64,000 nt of DNA from an uncultured Gammaproteobacteria bacterium (GTDB lineage: Bacteria > Patescibacteriota > Microgenomatia > Levybacterales > GWA1-39-11), in NCBI GenBank assembly GCA_964627245.1, contig CAZVGS010000001.1:25256-89255 (forward strand). The letters run 5' to 3'. Below the pieces are notes generated by a model. That model saw only the letters and a program-made list of their open reading frames with translations, did not search any database and had not been told where the DNA came from. Positions 1-7,822 of this stretch are shown piece by piece. Position numbers and translations under genes: made by a program. Within the stretch, counting starts at the first letter, position 1, and each line of letters begins with the position of its first letter.

Positions 1-1559
1 CTCTCTTCACGCTGTTCAAATTCGGGTTTGCCTACTCCAAGGATCGAGAACAAGACTTCGGTTATGCCCTTAGCGTAAAAGAAATCTTTTTTCCGGTCTT
101 TGATAAGAAAGGCAAGGTGCTGAATTTCTTCAGGCAATCCATCAGCCTTTTTTTTATATATATTTGAAATCTCAAACAACATAATTTTCTCACGTATTTT
201 ATTCTGCTGCGCGACCTCGAAAAGACTTGGCAGGAGACTTTGCCTCATGTAAGCTTTGTCTTCCGTAAGAGGGTTTTTGATTTTGACGGCGCTTTCAATA
301 GGGCCATCAAACAATTCTTCAGGCACGAGCGAATAAGTATAAGTTTCGGCAAAACCCCAGTATTTGAATGCTTCTTTTACTTTCTGTGTCCAATAGAACT
401 CATTCCTATCCTGGTGATAAAATGCTTGTGAAGGAGAGGAAGGCAATGAGTTGGGTATTTTATGATAGCCGTAAATTCTTGCAATCTCCTCAACTATATC
501 TTCTTCAATTTCAATATCATTTAACCTTGCTGAAGGCACGGTTAGCATGAGAGTGTCACCTTTATCATCTACAGCAAATCCTAGAGCTTTTAGAATAGAA
601 AGAATTGTTTTTTTCTCAATTTCAATGCCGATAAGCCGGCTAATAGTCTGAATGTCAATCACTACTCTTTTCTCTTTTGGTTTGTTAGGATAAATATCAA
701 TTACCGGACTTATAACTTTTGCATCGGCATTCATTTCTAAAAGCTCAACTCCTCTTAACAAAGTCGGCATCATAAGCTCAGGGTCTACTCCTTTTTCGTT
801 CAAAACAGCCGCTTCCGTTCTTATGCCAAGGTTCATTGAGGTATTTCTAAGAAGGGATGTGTTATTGTTGTCTAGAAATAAAACAACACGTTTTGTATTG
901 TCGGTGACTACACTGTTTGCGGTACCCATGATCCCTAAAAGATCAATTATTTCTCCCTGTCCGTTGTCAGCAACTATATCATTCCCCGGGAGTGTGTGTT
1001 CTTTTTCATCTAGCGTTACAATGCGCTCTCCTTTTTTTGACTTTCTTATTATTAATGTGTGATCTTTAAGTCTGTCATAATCAAATACGTGCGAGGGGTG
1101 CCCTATTTCACGCATAATGTAATTTGTTACATCAACTACGCTGTTAATGCTTCTTATCCCTGTCTTTTCGAGTCTGTCAGAAATTAGCTTTGGTGACGGC
1201 TTGAGATTTACTTCAAGTACTACAGCAAGGATCCGGTTAACAAGTTCGGGATCGTTTTGTATATTAAGCAGACTGCTTTGATGAACAACTTCAAGTCCCG
1301 TTACCGTTTTTTTTCCTACATATACCGCGCTATACCCTGCAAGAGGTAAAACAGCCGCCGCCTCTTTTGCAATTCCCTGGATACTCATCAAATCAGGTCT
1401 ATTGGTAGTAACCTCGATATCAAAAACATAGTCATCGTCTACCTTCTCAACTCTTTCAATCGAAACACTCGCAAGACTCATGGCAGCAGCAAATTGCGTT
1501 GCAGTAGCGTTGGTTTTGAGATAGTCCTTAAGCCAGCTGTTTGGTATTAGAATGTTCAT
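1..1559 (-). CDS. pheT: Phenylalanine--tRNA ligase beta subunit (3' end outside window)
   Basis: Absent from the ORF track because it runs off the window edge. ATG at 1559 translates to MNILIPNSWLKDYL...DIEVTTNRPDLMSIQGIAKE; lies directly downstream of pheS. Confidence 0.93.
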   Translation of the reverse strand, partial: MNILIPNSWLKDYLKTNATATQFAAAMSLASVSIERVEKVDDDYVFDIEVTTNRPDLMSIQGIAKEAAAVLPLAGYSAVYVGKKTVTGLEVVHQSSLLNIQNDPELVNRILAVVLEVNLKPSPKLISDRLEKTGIRSINSVVDVTNYIMREIGHPSHVFDYDRLKDHTLIIRKSKKGERIVTLDEKEHTLPGNDIVADNGQGEIIDLLGIMGTANSVVTDNTKRVVLFLDNNNTSLLRNTSMNLGIRTEAAVLNEKGVDPELMMPTLLRGVELLEMNADAKVISPVIDIYPNKPKEKRVVIDIQTISRLIGIEIEKKTILSILKALGFAVDDKGDTLMLTVPSARLNDIEIEEDIVEEIARIYGYHKIPNSLPSSPSQAFYHQDRNEFYWTQKVKEAFKYWGFAETYTYSLVPEELFDGPIESAVKIKNPLTEDKAYMRQSLLPSLFEVAQQNKIREKIMLFEISNIYKKKADGLPEEIQHLAFLIKDRKKDFFYAKGITEVLFSILGVGKPEFEQREE

Positions 1560-1582
1560 AATCTATTAGTCATTAGTCATTG

Positions 1583-2641
1583 TTAGAACTGTTCCAAAAA
1601 AGAAAGATCATTTGTGTAAAGAGTTCTCAAGTCATCAATCTTAAGCCCCTCTTTCATCATAAGTACTCTTTCAACTCCCCAGCCAAAAGCAAAACCGGTA
1701 TACTTTTCCGGGTCAATTTTGCCGGATTTCAAAACATTAGGATGCACCATCCCGCTGCCTCCCATCTCAAGCCACCCTTCTTTGCAAAGCCTGCACCCGG
1801 ATCCGTTGCAGACACCGCATGTAACATCAATTTCAAAAGATGGTTCTGTGAATTGAAAGTGGTAGGGTCTTATTCTGAATGTTCTTTGCTCTCCAAAATA
1901 GGATTTTACAAAAAACTCAAGCACCCCTTTAAGATGAGATATATTTATTCCCTCCCCTACGACAAGCCCTTCAAATTGATGAAACATCTGCGTATGCGAC
2001 ACATCGGACTGCCTTCTGTAGCATTTTGCTATATTGAGCATTTTTATAGGAAGTTCTCCCTTAAGCATTTCTCTTACTTGGCCTGATGATGTATGAGGAG
2101 TGAGCAAAACAGGACCCAGCTTCTCGTCAGAAGGTGCATCAATGAAGAATGTCTCCCAATCATCCCTGGCCGGATGGTTTTCGGGGAAATTAAGAGCACC
2201 AAATGCATACCAGTCATATTCCACTTCAGGATAGCGCACTCGCAAAAAACCGATTTTCTCAAAAATCGATGTGATCTCCTCCATGGCCTGTGTTACCAAA
2301 TGCAAAGAACCTATAGGCGGTTTATTTCCGGGAAGTGTTACGTCAAAAAAAGTCTTTTGTCCGGATGACTGATTTGTCTTATGTTCCTGCTTAAAAAGCG
2401 GCTTTTTGAGCTCTTTTCTCCTGTCATTTATTTGCTCCTCAAGTGTTTTTTTTATTTCATTTGCGAGTTTTCCGATTTCTGCCCTTTCGTCCTCAGCTAA
2501 TTTAGGAAGCTCTTTCATGGCAATGGTCAGCTTTCCTTTTTTACCAAGGTAACTTAGGTAAATTTGCTCTATCTCATCTCCTTCTGATGAAAGAATTTGA
2601 GACATCGCCTCATTTTTGATTTGAATTAACCGTTCATCCAT
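1583..2641 (-). CDS. pheS: Phenylalanine--tRNA ligase alpha subunit
   Basis: HPARD, HTSSGQ, FHQFEG, FQFTEPSFE and GFAFGWGVER motifs. Confidence 0.97.
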   Translation of the reverse strand: MDERLIQIKNEAMSQILSSEGDEIEQIYLSYLGKKGKLTIAMKELPKLAEDERAEIGKLANEIKKTLEEQINDRRKELKKPLFKQEHKTNQSSGQKTFFDVTLPGNKPPIGSLHLVTQAMEEITSIFEKIGFLRVRYPEVEYDWYAFGALNFPENHPARDDWETFFIDAPSDEKLGPVLLTPHTSSGQVREMLKGELPIKMLNIAKCYRRQSDVSHTQMFHQFEGLVVGEGINISHLKGVLEFFVKSYFGEQRTFRIRPYHFQFTEPSFEIDVTCGVCNGSGCRLCKEGWLEMGGSGMVHPNVLKSGKIDPEKYTGFAFGWGVERVLMMKEGLKIDDLRTLYTNDLSFLEQF

Positions 2642-3050
2642 TTTTAGCAATAACTCCGCTTACTAACTCCAAGGTATCTTCAAGCGTTCTTAATTTTACA
2701 ATCTGATGCAGGCTGTACCACTTGGCGTCAGCCGTTTCCTCATCGGTTATTGTACTAATTGTACCAGATACAATTTCAGCTCTAAAGCCGTTAAGAATGT
2801 ATATTTTCCCGCGGTAGGGATGAGATAGAGTGTAAGGCTCGGCAGAAGTCAGTTTTACCTTAAAACCTGTCTCCTCGAATACCTCGCGAAGACACGCTTC
2901 TTGCAAAGTCTCCCCCTTTTCTACAGCACCGCCGGGAAGCTGCCAGCAAAGATGAATGGATTTGTCATGAGGTGCATTCCGCTGCGTTAAAAGAATTTTA
3001 TTATTTCTAATTATTACGCCTACTGCAACTTCCACAGTTTTTTTGTCCAT
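2634..3050 (-). CDS. NUDIX hydrolase (MutT-like)
   Basis: Nudix box GGAVEKGETLQEACLREVFEETG. Confidence 0.9.
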   Translation of the reverse strand: MDKKTVEVAVGVIIRNNKILLTQRNAPHDKSIHLCWQLPGGAVEKGETLQEACLREVFEETGFKVKLTSAEPYTLSHPYRGKIYILNGFRAEIVSGTISTITDEETADAKWYSLHQIVKLRTLEDTLELVSGVIAKNG

Positions 3051-3053
3051 ATA

Positions 3054-3082
3054 CAAAAAAAGCCTCCGGATTGGAGGCTTTG
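3054..3082 (-). terminator. Intrinsic terminator after rplT
   Basis: AAAGCCTCC-aatcc-GGAGGCTTT followed by a T run on the minus strand. Confidence 0.75.
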
Positions 3083-3100
3083 TCAAAGATTTATCAAGCG

Positions 3101-3454
3101 TTATTTACCCTTGAAGGCCTCTTTGACAATATTACTAAAAACTTCCCTATTCTCGTTTATTAAATTTGCCATTATTTTTCTATCAAGTTCTATTTTCTGG
3201 TCTTTTAATGCTTTTATAAATCTATTGTAGGAGTACCCTTCTTCTTTAACCGCTTGTCCGATTCTGGTTATCCAAAGGCGCCTAAAATCCCTTTTCTTTC
3301 TTTTTCTCCCGTGGTAAGCGTACTGATCGGCATGTAAAACAGCCTCAGTCGCTGTTTTTATAAGTCTTGATCTTGTGCCCCTGTAACCCTTTGCAAGGTC
3401 AAAAATCTTGTTGTGTTTTTTACGGGATATTACTCCCCTTTTAACTCTTGACAT
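3101..3454 (-). CDS. rplT: 50S ribosomal protein L20
   Basis: MSRVKRG...AKGYRG...RKRKKRDFRRLWITRI. Confidence 0.97.
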   Translation of the reverse strand: MSRVKRGVISRKKHNKIFDLAKGYRGTRSRLIKTATEAVLHADQYAYHGRKRKKRDFRRLWITRIGQAVKEEGYSYNRFIKALKDQKIELDRKIMANLINENREVFSNIVKEAFKGK

Positions 3455-3537
3455 ATTATTTTTCAAAAGCAAGCTCTGCTTACTCTACTCATATTTCTTT
3501 TGCTATTGTCTTATAGCTATTGTCTTCTGTCTACTAT

Positions 3538-3735
3538 TTATGCTTCTCCAAGCAAATGCCTTATCTTCTTTGCAAATGCTCCTTCAACCTGCTTAATTTC
3601 TTTTTGAGCTCTTAAGGTCTTTTTAGACTTTTTTGATCTCAAATGGCTTCTCATCTGCGATCCCCTCAAAACTTTTCCGGTTTTGGTTACCTTAAATCTC
3701 CTCCTTACACTTCTTTTTATTTTAAGTTTGTACAT
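3538..3735 (-). CDS. rpmI: 50S ribosomal protein L35
   Basis: RRFKVTKTGKV; position between infC and rplT. Confidence 0.95.
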   Translation of the reverse strand: MYKLKIKRSVRRRFKVTKTGKVLRGSQMRSHLRSKKSKKTLRAQKEIKQVEGAFAKKIRHLLGEA

Positions 3736-3751
3736 ATCAATTTATATTTTC

Positions 3752-4285
3752 TTACTTATTCTTAGTAAGCATCATTACCATTTGTCTTCCTTCCATCCGG
3801 GCTTCCCGTTCTACTTTTGCCAGTTCACCCAGCTTTTCAAGTACCATATCAAGCTTGCCTCGTCCAATTTCCGTGTGTCCCATCTGTCTTCCGGTAAATC
3901 TTACCGAGAATTTAACTTTGTTGCCCTCTTCCAAAAACTCCTTCGCCTTTTTTAACTTTATGTCCAAATCGTGCTCTCCGATAAAAGGCCCAAATCTTAT
4001 CTGCTTTGTCTCAGAGCCCTTTACTCCTTTCTTCTCCTCCTGCTTTTTCTTTTTAAGCTGGTAAAGAAATTTTGAGTAATCGATGAGCTTTGCTACCGGC
4101 GGCTTTGCCAGCGGCGCTACTTCAACAAGATCAATTCCCAATTCTTCTGCTTTTGCAAGCGCTTCTTTTATAGGAAGAATTCCTATCATAGCTCCGCGGT
4201 CGTCCAAAACTCTTACCTCTGAGGCTCGGATTTGATAATTTTTCCTGTAAAAAACTTTTTGTCTGAACTTATTGTTTTGTCTCAA
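3752..4285 (-). CDS. infC: Translation initiation factor IF-3
   Basis: DLVEVAPLAKPPVAKLIDYSKF; FLEEGNKVK. Confidence 0.96.
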   Translation of the reverse strand: MRQNNKFRQKVFYRKNYQIRASEVRVLDDRGAMIGILPIKEALAKAEELGIDLVEVAPLAKPPVAKLIDYSKFLYQLKKKKQEEKKGVKGSETKQIRFGPFIGEHDLDIKLKKAKEFLEEGNKVKFSVRFTGRQMGHTEIGRGKLDMVLEKLGELAKVEREARMEGRQMVMMLTKNK

Positions 4286-5516
4286 TTTCTTTTTGAATTT
4301 GTTGTATAAACTTTTCTAATTCGACACTGCCAAGGTCTTTTCCGTCCCTCGCTCTTACAGAAACAAATTTAGATCCTTTCTTGGACTTTTCTTCTTCCTG
4401 ACCGCCTATTATACACATGTAGGGTACTTTTTGTAAAGTAGCCTCACGGATTTTTCCTCCAAGTGTGTCATTGGAAAAATTTCTCTCCACCCTTATGCCT
4501 GCATTTTTTAAGTCGGCAAAGACACTTTGGGCGTATTTTTCAAATTTTTCCGATACGGGAAGAACCGTCACCTGCACCGGTGCAAGCCAAACAGGAAAAG
4601 CGCCATTATAATGTTCGATTAGAAAAGCCATAACACGCTCAATAGCACCTATTGAGGATCTGTGAATTACAATGGGTTGTTCTAAAGTGCCTTTTTCGTT
4701 TATGTAAGTCAGATTAAATCTTTTAGGCATAACAAAGTCGTACTGTACTGTAAAAGCGGTATCTTCTTTACCGTTGGTGTTTTTCATTTGAACGTCAATC
4801 TTGGGGCCGTAAAAAGCTGCTTCATCTTCAGCCTCAACGAAATGAGCCTTTCTTTTCTTAAGAACTTTCCTAAGAGTTTCTTCAGCAGTATCCCAGGCTT
4901 TGTCGTCTTTGAAATACTTCTTGCTGTCCTTTCTATTTCCTAGTGACAAGCGGTAGTGATATTCCTTTCCTTGCTTAAGGTTAAAGACTCCGGCGATGTA
5001 CTCAATCAAATCCAAAACAGAATCAATTTCTCCTTCGGCGTTTTCCTTCTGGGTTATAATATGAGCATCTGCCAGGCAAAATGTCCTAACTCTTTGAAGA
5101 CCCATAAGCTCTCCCGACTGCTCAAATCTATAAAGCTTTGCAAGTTCAGCGTATCTTACGGGAAGTTCACGGTAAGAATGAGGGCGCGAAAGATATAGTT
5201 CAAAGTGATGGGGGCACGTCATTGGCCTGAGCATAAATTCCTCGTCCTCAATTGTAATAGGAGCATACATTGAGTCTTTGTAGTAGGGATAGTGTCCCGA
5301 TTTTTTGTAAAGCTCAAGCTTTGCTATATCGGGCGTATAAACATGCAAATAATCTCTTTTTAGCTCTTCATCCACAATAAATCTTTCAAGCTCCCGCCTT
5401 ATAGCAGAACCTTTGTGGGTAAATAAGGGAAGTCCCTTTCCAACGGTGTCTGAAAATGCAAAAAGCCCAAGCTCCCGCCCAAGTCTTTTGTGATCATTAG
5501 GTGCCAATTCATCCAT
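4269..5516 (-). CDS. thrS: Threonine--tRNA ligase (short form lacking N-terminal editing domains)
   Basis: Begins at DHKRLG; contains RPMTCPHH, AFYGPKIDVQ, IHRSSIG and FPVWLAPVQ. Confidence 0.96.
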   Translation of the reverse strand: MDELAPNDHKRLGRELGLFAFSDTVGKGLPLFTHKGSAIRRELERFIVDEELKRDYLHVYTPDIAKLELYKKSGHYPYYKDSMYAPITIEDEEFMLRPMTCPHHFELYLSRPHSYRELPVRYAELAKLYRFEQSGELMGLQRVRTFCLADAHIITQKENAEGEIDSVLDLIEYIAGVFNLKQGKEYHYRLSLGNRKDSKKYFKDDKAWDTAEETLRKVLKKRKAHFVEAEDEAAFYGPKIDVQMKNTNGKEDTAFTVQYDFVMPKRFNLTYINEKGTLEQPIVIHRSSIGAIERVMAFLIEHYNGAFPVWLAPVQVTVLPVSEKFEKYAQSVFADLKNAGIRVERNFSNDTLGGKIREATLQKVPYMCIIGGQEEEKSKKGSKFVSVRARDGKDLGSVELEKFIQQIQKEIETKQ

Positions 5517-5570
5517 ATAGAATGTAAATTATACCTTAGTCAGCCTCAAATTGAAAGTCATGAAAATTTG

Positions 5571-5792
5571 TTAAAAAGGAAAAATTGAATTGTTCTTTGC
5601 AACATGTTCGCTGATCGAACTGACAAAATCACCGACAATTGGCACAAGATCAATTTTCGACAGGAAGTAAAGTAATATCCCGATGATAACGGCAGAACCG
5701 ACCCAAACCCCTAATGACCATACCACTCCGCCCAAAAAATTGTCCAAAAGCATTTTTCCCCGGGATCTGTATATTTTTTCATTAGGTTCCAT
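5571..5792 (-). CDS. Small membrane protein (DUF5665-like)
   Basis: NFLGGVVWSLG...VPIVGDFV pattern; hydrophobic core. Confidence 0.65.
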   Translation of the reverse strand: MEPNEKIYRSRGKMLLDNFLGGVVWSLGVWVGSAVIIGILLYFLSKIDLVPIVGDFVSSISEHVAKNNSIFPF

Positions 5793-5829
5793 ATTTACAT
5801 ATTATCCATTAAACTCATTCATAACAAGT

Positions 5830-6408
5830 CTAATTTTCAAAACCCAGATCAACTGCTATAGCCTGCATCGAAGCCAAAACAATCCCAACGAACTCTTTTA
5901 CTGTAAACCCAAGTTTTGGCTCACAAGCGGCAATTTGTGTTCTGTCAACGCTCTTTGCGAAAGACTGATCCTGCATTTTGGTAATTACCGTATCAACAGT
6001 AACCAGATTCAGCCTTTTTTCTCTTTGTTCAAGACCGCAGCTTATGATAAATCCAGTAAGCTCATCGCAGGAGTAAAGAGCCCAATCCATTGCAGAAACC
6101 GGTTGTTGTCCGGTGTAACGGTAGTTGTGGGATTTAATCGCATACATTATTTCTTTTGGTAAAATCTTGCCGAGTCTTTCTTCAAGGTAGAATGTATGCT
6201 TCTCGGGGGTTTTTCTTGTAATTTCATAGTCCGCGTCGTGAAGTAGACCTGTAATGCCCCAATATTCTTCATTGGCAAATTTTTTTGTGCGGGCAGTGTA
6301 AATCCTGCAAATTGCCCGCATTGCAGCCTCGACTGCCAAGTGGTGTCTTATCAGGTTGTTGGCTTTTGTATATAACTGAAGTGTCTGAAATGCCTCAAGC
6401 CGGGTCAT
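5830..6408 (-). CDS. HD-domain phosphohydrolase
   Basis: LIRHHLAVEAAM, GLLHDADYE, AIKSH and DELTGFI. The upstream ORF-track extension only runs through a tRNA-derived repeat. Confidence 0.9.
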   Translation of the reverse strand: MTRLEAFQTLQLYTKANNLIRHHLAVEAAMRAICRIYTARTKKFANEEYWGITGLLHDADYEITRKTPEKHTFYLEERLGKILPKEIMYAIKSHNYRYTGQQPVSAMDWALYSCDELTGFIISCGLEQREKRLNLVTVDTVITKMQDQSFAKSVDRTQIAACEPKLGFTVKEFVGIVLASMQAIAVDLGFEN

Positions 6409-6450
6409 AATACTAGTATTTAGTATTATGACCCAAGTTTCAAGTGATTT

Positions 6451-6492
6451 TGTGGACCCGACAGAACTCGAAGTCTTAGACCTTTGCAATGT
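6451..6492 (-). repeat. Degenerate copy of the 3' half of tRNA-Val(GAC)
   Basis: tgtggacccgacagaactcgaa...gacctttgcaatgt matches 6567-6607. Confidence 0.85.
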
Positions 6493-6568
6493 GATGCGCC
6501 GGTATGAAATAGCTAGTGCCCTTGGGGTACAACGCTCGCGTTGCCCTGTTTGAAAAAACTAACTGCTG

Positions 6569-6642
6569 TGGACCCGACAGAACTCGAATCTGTGACCTTT
6601 GCAATGTCAATGCAACGCTCTAACCAACTGAGCTACGGATCC
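6569..6642 (-). tRNA. tRNA-Val(GAC)
   Basis: Cloverleaf GGATCCG..CGGGTCC-A; anticodon arm TTGCA-TT GAC AT-TGCAA. Confidence 0.95.
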
Positions 6643-6774
6643 ATTTTTTAGATCCGCAAACTCTGTTTACGGATCCGCTTGCTTCGCAAGCATTTTCTAT
6701 AGACCATGTATTGTCAATATTTAGCTTGTGTATTATACAAATAAATCCAACCGGCAACAATGTTTTTACTCAAT

Positions 6775-7158
6775 TTAGCTTGCTGCATCTGCCAAGCCCT
6801 GCATCTCGTGATTTACTCCAATATTTTCAATTTTTTCGCTGCTGATTCTTAACGCTCCTCTGCCTTCCGGACAAGAAACAACGTTGTTTTGCATAACCAA
6901 ATTCTTGTTACATCCTTCTGATAGCGACAAAAGCGGGCATTGTGATCCAATAACGCTTCTCTCCCTCTCCTTTTTAACAGACATGCACACATTGACAACT
7001 TTTCCTTTCATAAGTTCTCTTGCGTCGCCAAGCGCTACCTGCATCATCAAGTATTTCTCATCCATTATAAGTTCAGGCAATTTTTCACTAGGATTTCTAT
7101 AAATTCCTCTGGGTTGTTTTCTTATATCTGCAAGACTATATCTATCTTTCTCATTCAT
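6775..7158 (-). CDS. Orphan protein, 127 aa, four Cys
   Basis: Strong SD (AAAGGAGGT) upstream of ATG; preceded by an attenuator-like leader. Confidence 0.8.
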   Translation of the reverse strand: MNEKDRYSLADIRKQPRGIYRNPSEKLPELIMDEKYLMMQVALGDARELMKGKVVNVCMSVKKERERSVIGSQCPLLSLSEGCNKNLVMQNNVVSCPEGRGALRISSEKIENIGVNHEMQGLADAAS

Positions 7159-7188
7159 ATTTTTACCTCCTTTCTTTTAATTTCCCAC

Positions 7189-7351
7189 AAAAAAACCTCC
7201 GCTTAAGTGTTTGGAGTTCTCCAAACTGCGAAGGTCAAATTTGTAAAATTACAAAACCTAACCCCCGCTAAGCGAAGGTAAACCAATAAGTTCTAAATAG
7301 GTTCTGCAATTTCATTAAATAAATTTTAGTTCAATTTGTGCTTACTGTCAA
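7189..7351 (-). promoter_or_regulatory. Sigma70 promoter, leaderless leader peptide and attenuator (A)
   Basis: TTGACA(7351)-17-TAAAAT-7-ATG; alternative 1:2, 2:3 and 3:4 pairings; terminator with U tract. Confidence 0.75.
7268..7315 (-). CDS. Putative leader peptide MKLQNLFRTYWFTFA
   Basis: ATG at the predicted TSS; stop codon lies in hairpin 1:2. Confidence 0.6.
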   Translation of the reverse strand: MKLQNLFRTYWFTFA

Positions 7352-7357
7352 GGGTAT

Positions 7358-7597
7358 TTACTGCTTTCTTATTTCAATTGCTTGTTCTTTTGGCATCACT
7401 ATAGCCAATCTGGCATTTACATATTCTTCTAAAGCCGGCTCTCCCCAAGTAGACACAATTGCTTGACTTGAAACTTGAATTCCCCGCTGTGCCAATTCTG
7501 TTGCAGATCTCACTACAATGGCACTTCGTACAGAGTCACGGCAGTCCGGTGCAAACCTCATTTCAGCTGGACTAATATTTTTATACTGTTCTGACAT
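7358..7597 (-). CDS. Orphan protein, 79 aa
   Basis: Strong SD AGAAAGGAGGT; preceded by an attenuator-like leader. Confidence 0.8.
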   Translation of the reverse strand: MSEQYKNISPAEMRFAPDCRDSVRSAIVVRSATELAQRGIQVSSQAIVSTWGEPALEEYVNARLAIVMPKEQAIEIRKQ

Positions 7598-7618
7598 ATT
7601 TTACCTCCTTTCTGCCAC

Positions 7619-7763
7619 AAAAAAACCTCCCGTTTGGGAGGTTAGGCAATTTTCAACTACTTTCCCTCCACACTACTACACTCCGAGAAGGAGTACTCTA
7701 GTAATGTGTAGGTATTTTGATTTCATTTAGTATATATTAATAAATTTTCCTTATTCCTGTCAA
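7619..7763 (-). promoter_or_regulatory. Sigma70 promoter, leaderless leader peptide and attenuator (B)
   Basis: TTGACA(7763)-18-TAATAT-7-ATG; terminator AACCTCCC-AAAC-GGGAGGTT-T5. Confidence 0.75.
7676..7726 (-). CDS. Putative leader peptide MKSKYLHITRVLLLGV
   Basis: ATG at the predicted TSS; tandem TAG TAG stops. Confidence 0.6.
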   Translation of the reverse strand: MKSKYLHITRVLLLGV

Positions 7764-7822
7764 CAGTAAGCACCCCCCCATTGTCTATACTTGCCTAGTG
7801 TCTTTTATCTATTGCTACCAAT

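Noticed and set aside
1580-2086. Long antisense ORFs opposite pheS and other genes (e.g. 5683-6162, 9941-10420)
   Set aside because: Antisense shadows of well-supported genes; no recognisable motifs or start signals.
6493-6568. Integrated element or prophage between the tRNA-Val att-like copies
   Set aside because: Only about 75 bp lie between the copies; no integrase or phage gene is nearby.
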